A stretch of 64,000 nt of DNA from Promethearchaeota archaeon (GTDB lineage Archaea > Asgardarchaeota > Lokiarchaeia > Sigyniarchaeales > SOKP01). The translations under genes were made by a program, and so were the position numbers. Shown here piece after piece: positions 27,406 through 38,330 of this stretch (the first letter of the stretch is position 1; each line of letters opens with the position of its first letter). A model generated the notes under the pieces. The model saw nothing but the letters and a program-made list of their open reading frames with translations, was not told the DNA's origin and made no database searches. The DNA lies in contig JBHLNF010000001.1 of assembly GCA_048937405.1 (NCBI GenBank), positions 560,685 through 624,684 of the forward strand. Reading direction: 5' to 3'.

Positions 27406-27869
27406 TCATCTATTTAAAATTCTTGTTATTTCCTTTTTGGTTGTGTGTTTATAGAGAGAAATATTGCCATCACAGATTATACAATATGTCCCATAGGGAT
27501 CTAAACCATTTTCTTACGCTTCCTTACGCTCATTGATTTTAATAGCTTTAAATTTTCCTTTTTTATCTGTTTCCATCGTTTTTTCAATAAGATCCGTAAT
27601 ATATAGACATTGGTCATTATGAACTATCGTGACCCCTTCTGAATATTCTTTTTGTTTATTCATATTTATTGGATTAAATCTTGGTTTGGGACGTTTTTAT
27701 TGAAAATTTTTGCATATAATAAAAAATATGGGTCAATTTCATCCACTTTTTCAAATCCATGTTTTATTAGGAGTTTCTTCTTTGAAAGCCACCCACCTTT
27801 TTCAGCGGACATTTCTAATATTCCATGCATTACCTGCTCTTTTAAATCTTCAATTAAGGTTTTAGACAT
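27406..27869 (-). pseudogene. Chimeric remnant: trmB N-terminus joined to a YoaP-domain GNAT fragment
   Basis: Starts MSKTLIEDLKE (cf. TrmB MSKTLMEELKE), continues GWLSKKKLLIKHGFEKVD; frameshift near 27690 to ...GVTIVHNDQCLY...KEA*ENGLDPYGTYCIICDG with a premature TAA. Confidence 0.7.
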
Positions 27870-27919
27870 CAGTATTCATATATAATATTTACAACTTAAA
27901 ATTAGTTGTTTTTGATCGA
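27853..27919. repeat. 67-bp duplicated promoter segment, copy 2
   Basis: 66/67 identical to 25685-25751. Confidence 0.9.
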
Positions 27920-27954
27920 AAAATAATTTATTTTAAAAGTTGTACTTAAAATTT

Positions 27955-28446
27955 ATGGAAAAAAAAGAATTAAAAGAGCTTTTAATCAAATCTTGGATGA
28001 TTCATGATGGAATGTGGTTTTATCATTGCTTAAAAGAATGTGGTATTGATATAGCTAATAAAATTAACAAAGCAGCAATTAAATCCATGTCGAAAATTGA
28101 AATTAAACGAATTCAAAAAATATTTGGAATCAATTCAATTGAAAATTTTAAAGATATAAAAAACATTTTAGAAAAAACACTAGAAGTATTTAAAGCTGAT
28201 TTTATGGAATTTACTTACACTTTTACAGCAAACAACCACATGCATTGTGAAATGAAAAATTGCTGGGCATATGAAGGTGTAAAAGGAATGGGAGTAATAG
28301 ATCAATATGAATGCGGGGTATACACAAGAATTGAAGGATGGTTTGAAACTTTAGATATAAAATTTGAAGTAAAACCGCCTATAAATGGGTGTTTAATGAA
28401 TCGTGTTGGAAATTGTTCAAGAGATTTTATATTCCAATTAGAATAG
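27955..28446 (+). CDS. DUF6125-like protein
   Basis: KSWMIHDGMWF, C-W, YECG, C-terminal CLM...C; ATG at 27955 preferred over TTG 27940. Confidence 0.7.
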   Translation: MEKKELKELLIKSWMIHDGMWFYHCLKECGIDIANKINKAAIKSMSKIEIKRIQKIFGINSIENFKDIKNILEKTLEVFKADFMEFTYTFTANNHMHCEMKNCWAYEGVKGMGVIDQYECGVYTRIEGWFETLDIKFEVKPPINGCLMNRVGNCSRDFIFQLE

Positions 28447-28541
28447 TTAGAAATGAGTCTTTTTCTATTAAAACCTAAATTTAGTTTTTTATGATCGATA
28501 AACAATTAAAAATACTTTTTTTTTATTGTATTTGATCAATA

Positions 28542-29645
28542 ATGACGGAAAACAATAATGAAGTATATTATGATCTACAACTCCATTTGAATAAAATGCC
28601 AGTAGGATTTCCAAAAACAGATTCTGGTGTAGAATTTAGGGTTTTAAGAGATTTTTTCACTCCAGAAGAAGCTTATATCGCTACCAAACTTGATTTTTTA
28701 CCACAAAAAATCAGAAGCATTCATCGTAAACTGAAGAATCGTGATATTCCTCTACAACATTTAGAAAGTAAATTAATTCAAATGTATCGGAAAGGAACAA
28801 TCAATATGGGTGAAGAGAATGGTGAAAAAACTTATTCAAATGCTCCAATTGTAATCGGTATGTATGAGTACCGACTGGGAAGGCTCACACCAGATTTTGT
28901 AAAAAATGCTTTTCAATACTTTGATGAAGCATTTTTTGAGAAAGAGTATAATAAAACTGGTATACCACAATTGCGTACTATTCCAATTGAAAAAGCCATT
29001 ACGAATGATTTAGCTGCTGCTACATATGACCAGATTCGAAATTTTATTGATAATTCAAATACCATTGGAATTATGGATTGTATTTGTCGTAAGGCACATG
29101 ATTTAATTGGTGATCCTTGTAAAAAAACAACTTTACGAGAAACTTGTATGGTATTTGGTTCTGCTGCCAGACGTTTTAATGAAATGGGAGAAGCAAGATT
29201 TATTTCTAAAGAAGAAGCAATTAGTCTTATAGAAAAATTTGAGACCATTGGATTGGTACCTTCACCGTCAAATTCTCAAAAACCATTTGTTATTTGTAAT
29301 TGTTGTGGTTGTTGTTGTGAAGTAATTATAAATCAAAAGAAATTTGACAATCCTGCACAATATTTCGCAACCAATTTTTATGCTGAAATAAATCTTGACG
29401 ATTGTATAGGTTGTGGAATATGTGAAGAAAGATGTCAAATGAATGCTATTAGTATTGTTGATGAAAAAAGTATTATTGATCTTGACAAATGTATTGGATG
29501 TGGTGTTTGTATACCAACATGTCCTGAAAATGCTATTGAATTGAATAAAAAGGAACAGGAAATTATTCCTCCAATCGATACAAGAGCTACATATGTAGCA
29601 ATAATGAATAAAAAAGCAAAATTAAATCGAACTAATAAAAAATAA
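28542..29645 (+). CDS. 4Fe-4S dicluster protein, copy 2
   Basis: Full-length paralog of 25799-26899 with identical Cys motifs. Confidence 0.9.
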   Translation: MTENNNEVYYDLQLHLNKMPVGFPKTDSGVEFRVLRDFFTPEEAYIATKLDFLPQKIRSIHRKLKNRDIPLQHLESKLIQMYRKGTINMGEENGEKTYSNAPIVIGMYEYRLGRLTPDFVKNAFQYFDEAFFEKEYNKTGIPQLRTIPIEKAITNDLAAATYDQIRNFIDNSNTIGIMDCICRKAHDLIGDPCKKTTLRETCMVFGSAARRFNEMGEARFISKEEAISLIEKFETIGLVPSPSNSQKPFVICNCCGCCCEVIINQKKFDNPAQYFATNFYAEINLDDCIGCGICEERCQMNAISIVDEKSIIDLDKCIGCGVCIPTCPENAIELNKKEQEIIPPIDTRATYVAIMNKKAKLNRTNKK

Positions 29646-29648
29646 GAG

Positions 29649-30089
29649 GTGGTCTATGTGAATGTAGGTAAAGATATGGAAGAAAATATAAAAGAACATT
29701 TTGGATATAATAATGAAGAAGTTAAGACTTTTCTTGATAATCCTCGAAATATTGATATTCTTTCAAAATCCCTAAAACTACTTGGAAAAACTCTCGTTTT
29801 CGAAGTTATTGAATCTCATGGGTGTAATAGTCAGCACAAAGTAGGAGACAAGATCTATTTTGATGGAGCAGGAAATCTTCTGACTAAGTTATCCCCTAAT
29901 CGAATATGCATATATGCATTAGCAGAACTTGATAAATTAGTCTATACTGCCAATGAATTACTGTATGCGGGAATTGATCCAAATGAAATGCGATTTAATC
30001 GTGTTAGTTGTGCTGATGTAGGATTAAAGTGTGATGGATGGGGACAAATTGTACTGGAACTTAAAATTATAGATAGAAATAAATTATAA
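29649..30089 (+). CDS. Small Cys-motif protein (TIGR04076-like), copy 2
   Basis: Close paralog of 26903-27346. Confidence 0.8.
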   Translation: MVYVNVGKDMEENIKEHFGYNNEEVKTFLDNPRNIDILSKSLKLLGKTLVFEVIESHGCNSQHKVGDKIYFDGAGNLLTKLSPNRICIYALAELDKLVYTANELLYAGIDPNEMRFNRVSCADVGLKCDGWGQIVLELKIIDRNKL

Positions 30090-30452
30090 TAAGGCTTTTT
30101 TTTTTTAATCTTTTAAGCTCTAAAATAAGAGATAAAAATATATGAGACACGTTAATTCCTTCCAATAGTAGAAAAAGAAAATTCCTATTGAAATTGTCTT
30201 AATTTTTACATCATAATTATTCTGAATCTTCAAAAAAGCTTTGTCTGATTTATTCATAGCTTATCAAATAAAATACTAAGGGTACCAACTTAACTTAGAT
30301 TTGTCATATATATTTCTATATAGTTAATAATAAATAACAATAAAAGTCTTAAAAATCTTAAAACAAAATAAATCTTAATTAAAATTATTGAATATTCTAA
30401 TACATTAAATATTATAATTAAAAAATAAAAATTAAAATCAAGTGATTATTCA

Positions 30453-31262
30453 ATGGCATGGATTATTAAAATGATTAGTTTTATTATAGGGGGGATTTTA
30501 TTAGTCTGGTGTATAGTAAACAGATATAGTAAAAATGGGAAAGTGATAGGAGAACCTTTAGGTATGCCAAAGGGAACTGTTCGAGCTTTAATTACAATTA
30601 TGCTGGTATCCTTTCCCTTAGGATATATATTGGAGGAGGATCAAGAAATTCCTGGATTAATAATAAATTCTATATTTGTTGCAGTAGCATTTTATTTTGA
30701 AGCAAGGAAAAGTGAACGTGAAAAATTACAACAAATTGTTAATGAAATAAAAGATCCAGAAATGGTTACTATTGATTTGCGAAAAGAAAAATTTCCTCTT
30801 TATCTACCAAAATACACAGTACGATTTTTCTTAATAATAATATTAGTAGCTATCCTAATTGTTAATTATTATCTTTACCAAACTCCTTTTGAAATAACTA
30901 ATACATTAATAGATCTATTGATTATTATCAGTTTATTTATTTTTGGGGGGATTTTTAGATCTATTTCAAAATCTAGGGAAAGAAAAAGGATAGGAGAGGA
31001 GGTGAAAAACATGGATGCTTCACTTACAGATATCCAAGTTGTAGAGAAATTAATGTTAGAACCAAGTTGGTGGAAAAGTACAGGCAGAAGTATATTATCG
31101 ATAATAATGTTAATCACAATTATAACAGCATTAACTTTTTATATATTTGAGTGGAATTACGAAATATATACCATAGAATTTACAGCAACGGATACCTATG
31201 TATTTTCAGTACGTGCAATATTATTACTGCTTATCAATGCATATTATGGTTTCAGAGCATAG
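30453..31262 (+). CDS. Membrane protein with internal PLxxPKxTVR repeat
   Basis: PLGMPKGTVRALI and PLYLPKYTVRFFL each precede TM pairs. Confidence 0.75.
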   Translation: MAWIIKMISFIIGGILLVWCIVNRYSKNGKVIGEPLGMPKGTVRALITIMLVSFPLGYILEEDQEIPGLIINSIFVAVAFYFEARKSEREKLQQIVNEIKDPEMVTIDLRKEKFPLYLPKYTVRFFLIIILVAILIVNYYLYQTPFEITNTLIDLLIIISLFIFGGIFRSISKSRERKRIGEEVKNMDASLTDIQVVEKLMLEPSWWKSTGRSILSIIMLITIITALTFYIFEWNYEIYTIEFTATDTYVFSVRAILLLLINAYYGFRA

Positions 31263-31537
31263 TTTAATAACAAAATTTCCTCTTTTTTTTAAACAAACCA
31301 ATTTCAAAAACTCTAATGAAACTTATTAATAGGTTTTGTTTGAAATAATACATTTGTAAGTAGTTATAATTGATGAATTCATAAATGAAAAAAATAGAAT
31401 TTTATTATTAAGGAAGGTGATAATGAGGATATCGAGGGATTTTAATTATATATCTTAATTCTGCAGCGTTTTCCGGATTGTATTATATTACACTTCAGGA
31501 TATTGAATTGAGGCAATAAAAAAATGATTATTAAATT

Positions 31538-32557
31538 TTAGAGATGAAATTCTGTTCCAGTTACTCCTAATGTATGTGATGGATGTCCCTTCACACTCAT
31601 TCTTTTATTAAATTCAAAACCGGTGCAATGTATACCGCAGGTAACTTCAGGATTTAAATCTTCAATAAATTGGATTGTTTCATCAATCATTGCAATTGGA
31701 ACATTCGCTTTATGAAAACCCCCAATGATAGCATACACTTTCTCAATACCAGTCAATTTTTGGGCATGTTTTATTGTGTTGATTATACCTGCATGTGCGC
31801 ATCCCGTTAGAATTACTAAACCCTTGTTTTTAATATTAATATAAATCGAGGTTTCATCTCGAGCAGTATATTTTTTGAAATTATTTTTCTCATCTGAAAC
31901 TAGACGTCCTTTAGTTACTTCATTATCATCAAATATTTCTATTGCTCCACTCGTTATGAATCCTTTTTCTAATTTTTGAGGTTCTCTTGTCTCAATAATT
32001 TTTATATTGTGTTTTTTAGCACGATTAAGAATCAAATTTCTATTTAGTAGTGGATACATTCTATGTTTTATAATAGTTCCGTTTTCTTTAAGTTGTTCTA
32101 AGGAAGATTCCAATTCTTGTATGGTGACTTCTTTATCATCTCTAAATTCTATTTGATGAGTCTGATAAAAACATTCAGGATTTAAATATAACTCACATCC
32201 TTCATTTAATTGAGGTATAACTTTCATTAATCCACCAAAGTGGTCATAATGACCATGACTTAAGATTGCTTTTTCAATATTGTTTAAATCTATATTAAAA
32301 ACATCGCAATTCTCAATTATTGTCGATTTTAAACTTCCAGTATCAAATAAATAATTATGAGGTATACCATCTTTTAAAAATGTAATTAGAATTGCTAGAC
32401 CATGTTCACCGATAGCTTGAATGGCTTCTGCTCTTGGTTGAATAACTTTCCCTAAAAATTTATCTTCTGTAAATAGAGTTACATCAACAGTATTAGTTGT
32501 TAAAACTTTTAAGGTTAAGTTCCCACTTTCTAATCCATCATTAATATTGGCAATCAA
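31538..32557 (-). CDS. MBL-fold metallo-hydrolase (COG1237-like)
   Basis: EHGLA, FDTG, SHGHYDHFGG, TGCAHAG, GGFH, HCTG. Confidence 0.92.
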   Translation of the reverse strand: MIANINDGLESGNLTLKVLTTNTVDVTLFTEDKFLGKVIQPRAEAIQAIGEHGLAILITFLKDGIPHNYLFDTGSLKSTIIENCDVFNIDLNNIEKAILSHGHYDHFGGLMKVIPQLNEGCELYLNPECFYQTHQIEFRDDKEVTIQELESSLEQLKENGTIIKHRMYPLLNRNLILNRAKKHNIKIIETREPQKLEKGFITSGAIEIFDDNEVTKGRLVSDEKNNFKKYTARDETSIYINIKNKGLVILTGCAHAGIINTIKHAQKLTGIEKVYAIIGGFHKANVPIAMIDETIQFIEDLNPEVTCGIHCTGFEFNKRMSVKGHPSHTLGVTGTEFHL

Positions 32558-32897
32558 ATTAATTTCATCTCAAATAAATCTAATAGTTTATAATGTTTTA
32601 TTTTTTTAGAATAAAAAATCTTTTTCCAATAATCATCTTATAAAATTCTAGTCTTTCAACTATACTAATAAAAAATTAATATTGTAAAACTAATCTAATC
32701 TAAAAATAAAAACTAAAGATAATTGGCAAAATAGATGAAAAAAAAATGCGATCATTGTGGAATGATTCGATCAACAAAGGATTTAGTTTTATTAGAAAAT
32801 AGAAATTATATGTGTTTCTCTTGCTGGAACAAATTTAAAAAAAGAAAAAGTGAAATAGTTAAAAAAAAGTGAGTTTTTAAATCTCCTCCTTAAAGAA

Positions 32898-33119
32898 CTA
32901 ATCGTAAGAAACTAAAAATGTATATTTTTCAAGATTAAACTTCTTTATTTTAATCTCGTTTTTTTGTGCTTTTTTAGGAATAAGAGGGATTTTAATTACA
33001 ATTTTATAGTTCTCTAAATAAAGATTATTATAAAAAGTATTCTCACATTTATCCCAATCGATGAACTTTTGTATTGGAATTTGATCTTTTTTTACTGATG
33101 GAAATAATGACATAGCCAT
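32898..33119 (-). CDS. Small hypothetical protein
   Basis: 73-aa ORF with ATG start; no recognised motif. Confidence 0.45.
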   Translation of the reverse strand: MAMSLFPSVKKDQIPIQKFIDWDKCENTFYNNLYLENYKIVIKIPLIPKKAQKNEIKIKKFNLEKYTFLVSYD

Positions 33120-33514
33120 TTTTCTAATCTTTACATAGATTTATTTTTAATATAATTATATAAAAATCTTATTATTTTACCCCTTTTCGGATGTAATAGC
33201 TACTCTTAAATACCAAATAATTGGCAATTTATGAATAAGCGCTTTAAATCGTGCCATTTATATTATAATAAAGTGATTATTTAAATGTTTCTCTAATGAT
33301 AAATAAAGTAAATTTAAATTCTGAACTACTTTTCAAACCTTTTTATAAAAGATACTCTTTATTCAATTCAATATCATTATAATTTAGATTTTAAAACTCT
33401 TAGAATTCTCAATTTAGAAATAGTTAAATTGATTTATATTAAATCGATATTTCTATTTAACCATAACCAATTAGATTAAGTATTTTAATATAAGGAACAC
33501 CAGAAAATTAAAAA

Positions 33515-33985
33515 ATGCACGATTCAACTAAAATTGACCTGAAATCATTCATAAAGAATGAGATTATTAAGGACATTAAAAAGATTAGAGGTAAGCATGC
33601 ACCAATCTCAGAAATTTTTCAAAATACAACTAAAATTTTAGTAGTAGATAAAATTTATGATTTAAGAGATAAGAATAAATATTTTTTCCTATTTATTGCT
33701 AAAAATTATATGAAAATGCCAAAATTCAGATATTTTCTAGTTATCTCCTTAGCAAATAATAGTTCTGATTTCTTGGTTCAGATCGCAAAGGATTATGCAA
33801 TTAAAAATGATCTTAGATTAATTCAATATTCAATTTTCCCTAAGATGTTAAGAATTCAGTTGTTACTAATAAAAGAAATTAATCATTTTGAGGATTATAA
33901 TAATTTTTTGGAAAAATTGATATTAATCAGAAGTAAGTTTCGACATAAATTAGATAAAATTAAGAATTTGTTTGAAAATGAATAA
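33515..33985 (+). CDS. Hypothetical protein
   Basis: 156-aa ORF upstream of pyk. Confidence 0.65.
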   Translation: MHDSTKIDLKSFIKNEIIKDIKKIRGKHAPISEIFQNTTKILVVDKIYDLRDKNKYFFLFIAKNYMKMPKFRYFLVISLANNSSDFLVQIAKDYAIKNDLRLIQYSIFPKMLRIQLLLIKEINHFEDYNNFLEKLILIRSKFRHKLDKIKNLFENE

Positions 33986-34081
33986 TTTTTAAGTACATAC
34001 ACAATAATAATATTATTCATCACTCAATTATATATGATTTTAGAATCGGAACTATTTAAAAAATAAAAAAAGTGTATTAAA

Positions 34082-35536
34082 ATGTCATTTAGAACAAATA
34101 CAGTAAAAATTGTTGCTACATTAGGCCCAGCATCAAGCTCAAAAGAAATGCTCAAAAAACTTATTGATGCAGGAGTAGATATTTTTAGATTAAATTTTTC
34201 TCATGGATCTCATGAAGAAAAACAAGAATTAGTTAAGAGAATTAGAGAAGTAGACGATTACATAGGGATTTTAGCTGATATTCAGGGACCTAAAATTCGA
34301 GTAGGGCATTTTAAAGATGATATAGCTTATAATCTGGCTATAGGTCAAGAAATAAAAGTATATGAAAAAGAGATTGAAGGAGATCAAAATCAATTTTCCA
34401 TTCCCCTACCAGGATTTCTAAAATCTGTAAATGTGGGAGATACCTTTTTTGTTAATGATGGAATTATTAAGATAAAAGTAAAAAATAAAGAAAAAGATTA
34501 TATTATTGGAGAAGTATTAGCAGGAGGAACTATTAGTAATAGAAAAGGAGTGAATATTCCCTCTGGTGAATTATCCCAGAAAGTGCCTACAGAAAAAGAC
34601 AAAAAGGATTTGGAATTTATTGCAAAAATTGATCCAGAATATGTGGCAATTTCATTTGTATCAGGAGGAGATGATGTTCTTCACGTTAAAAGACTTCTTG
34701 AAAATTTTAATAATTCAAAAATTAAATTAATTTCAAAAATTGAACGTCCAGTTGCATTGGAAAAATTTGATCAAATTTTAGAAGTAAGTGATGGAATCAT
34801 GGTAGCTAGAGGGGATTTAGGTGTTGAAATAGATCCAGATAAAGTACCCTTATGGCAAAAAGAAATGATTTACAAAAGCAATCGGGAAGGAAAAGCCATC
34901 ATTGTAGCCACACAAATGCTTGAATCAATGGTTACAAACCCTATTCCTACTAGAGCAGAAGCAAATGATGTTTACAATGCTGTTATGGATGGTACTGATG
35001 CTGTAATGCTTTCAGCAGAGACTGCAATGGGAAAATATCCAGTTAACGCGGTTCAATATATGAATCAAATATCTAAGACAGCAACTGAAAATATGGTAAA
35101 AAGAGCTCCAGATGAGTATGATTCAGACAGGCTAACTCATACTCAAACATTGGGACATGCCATCCATTCTTTAGCTACTGAAATGGAAGAATTGAATTTT
35201 AGAGGAAAAATTCTAGTTATAACTCGAAGAGGATATGGTGCAAGGATGATTGCAAAGTATAGACCTCCATTACCAATAATTGCTATAACACCATATAAAA
35301 GAACAGCAAGGGAATTAAACTTAGTGTGGGCTGTAAAGGCTATTCAAATTGAAAATATTGATTTCTTTAATATGAATGCTGAAGAAATTATTGAGCAGTC
35401 TGTCAAACATGCAGTTGAAAATAATTTGCTAGATGAGAATGAGCATGTTATAATCTTATTAGTTTCAAGAAAGTTTGAGCGCAGAGGAAATCTAGTAGGA
35501 CTTTATTATGTAGGAGAAATCTTAGAATCTGAATAG
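34082..35536 (+). CDS. pyk: Pyruvate kinase
   Basis: KIVATLGPAS, RLNFSHG, DIQGPKIR, MVARGDLGVE, ATQMLESM, PTRAE, DAVMLSAETA. Confidence 0.98.
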   Translation: MSFRTNTVKIVATLGPASSSKEMLKKLIDAGVDIFRLNFSHGSHEEKQELVKRIREVDDYIGILADIQGPKIRVGHFKDDIAYNLAIGQEIKVYEKEIEGDQNQFSIPLPGFLKSVNVGDTFFVNDGIIKIKVKNKEKDYIIGEVLAGGTISNRKGVNIPSGELSQKVPTEKDKKDLEFIAKIDPEYVAISFVSGGDDVLHVKRLLENFNNSKIKLISKIERPVALEKFDQILEVSDGIMVARGDLGVEIDPDKVPLWQKEMIYKSNREGKAIIVATQMLESMVTNPIPTRAEANDVYNAVMDGTDAVMLSAETAMGKYPVNAVQYMNQISKTATENMVKRAPDEYDSDRLTHTQTLGHAIHSLATEMEELNFRGKILVITRRGYGARMIAKYRPPLPIIAITPYKRTARELNLVWAVKAIQIENIDFFNMNAEEIIEQSVKHAVENNLLDENEHVIILLVSRKFERRGNLVGLYYVGEILESE

Positions 35537-35711
35537 ATATAAGGAGCAAATATAAATTAATCTTAATTATTAATGATCTTTACTCATATATGAAAAAATT
35601 TTTTACTTAAAAATTATATAGATTAAACTCCATTTTAATAAATTAAAGAATTTTTTATACAATATATTAACTTAATCAATTTATAAAAAATTAGTACTTT
35701 AGTTTAAATAT

Positions 35712-36152
35712 ATGAGTGAAGAATGGAAACACGCCTATTGGGTATCAACTCTAGGAAAATGGGCTTGGGTAATAGGTATTATAAATGGAATTATCAATAT
35801 CATACGGGGTTTTTTTGGATTTTTTGTAATTGGACTAGGAATATTTGGAATTGGACTTCGTATTTGGTTGATAATCAGTGGTATTATAATAATCTTAATA
35901 TCGTTTGTTATAATTAAACCTAAATTTTCCTATAAATGCGCAATTAAAGATTGGGATGGTTTATATAATTGGTTCCTAATCATTGGAGAGGTGAGGATAC
36001 CATGGATGCTTTTGTGGGGAATAATTATAGAAATTTTTGGATATGGGTGGGGTGGCTTACCCATTATAATCTGTTCCTTGGCTTTATTAATTGCTGGTCC
36101 AAAGAAATATGATTGGAACGCTGAAAAGAAGCATGAATTGAAAGCTGAATAA
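35712..36152 (+). CDS. Hypothetical membrane protein
   Basis: Trp/Gly-rich hydrophobic segments. Confidence 0.75.
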   Translation: MSEEWKHAYWVSTLGKWAWVIGIINGIINIIRGFFGFFVIGLGIFGIGLRIWLIISGIIIILISFVIIKPKFSYKCAIKDWDGLYNWFLIIGEVRIPWMLLWGIIIEIFGYGWGGLPIIICSLALLIAGPKKYDWNAEKKHELKAE

Positions 36153-36244
36153 ATAATACTTAATTTTTTTAGTAAATTTTCAGTGTTATATTCTATTAAT
36201 TAAAGGCTAATTTTTAGTACATAAAACTCTCAAAGTAATTTAAT

Positions 36245-36664
36245 TTGATAAAATATAATATATACGATTGTCTTAAAACATACAAAAATACAAAATATAC
36301 TGGTATGAGAGTAGGAAGCTCTCATCATTGGAATTACAATAATGGTAAATGGCATGAAACTAAAGAAGCACCTGATAAATGGAGTTTTAAGTTTAATTCA
36401 ATAAAAACTAGAGTTAATTCAGCACCAAATAATTCTGGAGCAAAAATTAACACTAAATTTCATTGGTATATAATAGCTGATCAAATTGCAACTAAGATCG
36501 ATAATAATTCCTATATGACTTCCATGAATGGAATTAAATTTAAAATAGGGCATAAACGACCATATTGGAAAGCATTTAGTTATTCATATCCCGAACAAGT
36601 ACCCTATAAAGAAAGAATAATAAAAATATTAGAAGAAACATTAGAAAAATTAAAAAATAAATAG
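36245..36664 (+). CDS. Conserved-looking hypothetical protein
   Basis: YTGMRVGSSHHWNY...WHETK...FHWYIIADQ...KIGHKR, Trp/His rich. Confidence 0.75.
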   Translation: MIKYNIYDCLKTYKNTKYTGMRVGSSHHWNYNNGKWHETKEAPDKWSFKFNSIKTRVNSAPNNSGAKINTKFHWYIIADQIATKIDNNSYMTSMNGIKFKIGHKRPYWKAFSYSYPEQVPYKERIIKILEETLEKLKNK

Positions 36665-36997
36665 AAATTTAACTAATTTTACCTATATCTTTAACATTTA
36701 CATATTTTATGATATTTGATTTTATATTATCAACAGATATTTTCTTTTCATCTCGATGAATAATAATCTCTATAATTTCACTTCTTAGAATAGGAGAATT
36801 ATATCTTTCTTTAAAAAATATAAACCGATTTGAATTTTTAGATAATTTATTTAGTTGATATATATTAATTATCCCTATTCTACTCGTTGGGACATCTATT
36901 TTGTGATCTTTAAAAATTATTTCACATAATACTTCTTTTGTGTTTATCACGAAATATTTTCTGGATCAAATTATTTAAAGAAAAATAATTAAAAAAA

Positions 36998-37513
36998 TTA
37001 ATATTTCTCATAATGCACTATCTTTTCAATAGGATTTCTATCTTTTACTCCTCCTTTGGGCTTAAGAGGGTATCCTAAAGGCGTTAATCCCATAACTTTA
37101 TAATTTTTTGGAATATTTAATATTTTTTTTATTTCTATTTCATTAAACCAACCAATCCAACAAGTAGCTAATCCTTCTGCTGTTGCAGCTAATATTAGAT
37201 GTTCAAAGCAAATTCCAAAATCTACACCATAGTATTTTTCACCATTTTTATTTCTTCCTGAACCCTCTTCACTTATTATACCAACTATAAACATTGGAGC
37301 ATTATTAAATTTTTGATCTTGATCAATTGCTTTCCATATTGCTTTGACATTGTCAGGATTTTGAACAATAATCAGCGATACACCTTGTTTATTAGCCCAA
37401 GTAGGGGCTAATCTTGTTGCCTCCAAAATTTTATCAATCTTCTCTTTTTCAGGCATTTCTGTTCTATAAACCCTATAACTCCTTCTATTTTTTACTACTT
37501 CGTAAAAGTCCAT
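36998..37513 (-). CDS. Nitroreductase family protein
   Basis: RRSYR, LAPTWANKQ, LAATAEGLATCWIG, PLGYP. Confidence 0.93.
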   Translation of the reverse strand: MDFYEVVKNRRSYRVYRTEMPEKEKIDKILEATRLAPTWANKQGVSLIIVQNPDNVKAIWKAIDQDQKFNNAPMFIVGIISEEGSGRNKNGEKYYGVDFGICFEHLILAATAEGLATCWIGWFNEIEIKKILNIPKNYKVMGLTPLGYPLKPKGGVKDRNPIEKIVHYEKY

Positions 37514-37664
37514 TTTTAAATCTCCTTTTTATTTTAAAAATTCTTTAATTGAATAAGTAAGAAGTTGGGCTATTATTAAATATTTAGTTTGAAAAATATA
37601 AATAATAGATATATACTTGATTCTATCTTATTTAACTTTAAATTCCAAAATTATAATAAACAAA

Positions 37665-38174
37665 TTATGATTTTCCATTTCTAGTTTTATTCCAAATACT
37701 ATAAGGAATCCAGTCATTCTCCTCACTTGGTTTAACGTAAAAAATCTTACTCCGAAAATCATAGAAAAAATAATTAGTTGGACTAGTTTCAATTCTACCA
37801 ATTAAATATCTGAAAATTAAACTAGAAAAAATAATTAAAAAGCCAATAATGATTATTTTGATACCTAGATCTTCAAATATTTGATGAAAAACAAGGCAAA
37901 AAATACCAAAAATAACATTAAAAATTCCAATTGTAAAACTTGAAATGGATATATAAAGATATATTTTCCATTTATAAAACTTATTCTTACAATTAAAACA
38001 AATAGGAACTTCAAATAAAAACCTTAAGACTTCCTTATTTCTAATTTTTTTTAGTAATTTTCGTTCTGCTAATTGTTTATATTTATATGGCTTAGAATAA
38101 GCGTTTACAGTACCACAAACTAAACATTTAAATTTCTTTAGAATTTCTGGCACTTCTTTTTCTTTATTTTCCAT
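37665..38174 (-). CDS. Hypothetical protein, two CxxC plus two TM segments
   Basis: CLVC, CFNC, then two hydrophobic helices. Confidence 0.65.
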   Translation of the reverse strand: MENKEKEVPEILKKFKCLVCGTVNAYSKPYKYKQLAERKLLKKIRNKEVLRFLFEVPICFNCKNKFYKWKIYLYISISSFTIGIFNVIFGIFCLVFHQIFEDLGIKIIIIGFLIIFSSLIFRYLIGRIETSPTNYFFYDFRSKIFYVKPSEENDWIPYSIWNKTRNGKS

Positions 38175-38330
38175 TTTAAATGCAGAATTAGAATTTAGTG
38201 TAAAATTTCTATAGTTTATAAACCAACATTTTTTTGTTTTTTAGTTTATTCTAATAAATTTACAGTTTCCTCTTAAATAAAATTATAACTTTTCGTTAGG
38301 TTCTTAAATCAAAAGTTATAAGACAGGGTA

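Noticed and set aside
33177-33257. 26-codon minus-strand ORF MARFKALIHKLPIIWYLRVAITSEKG
   Set aside because: No motif or compositional bias; cannot be distinguished from chance.
36669-36950. 93-aa minus-strand ORF
   Set aside because: GTG start, extreme AT content and no recognisable motif; left unannotated.
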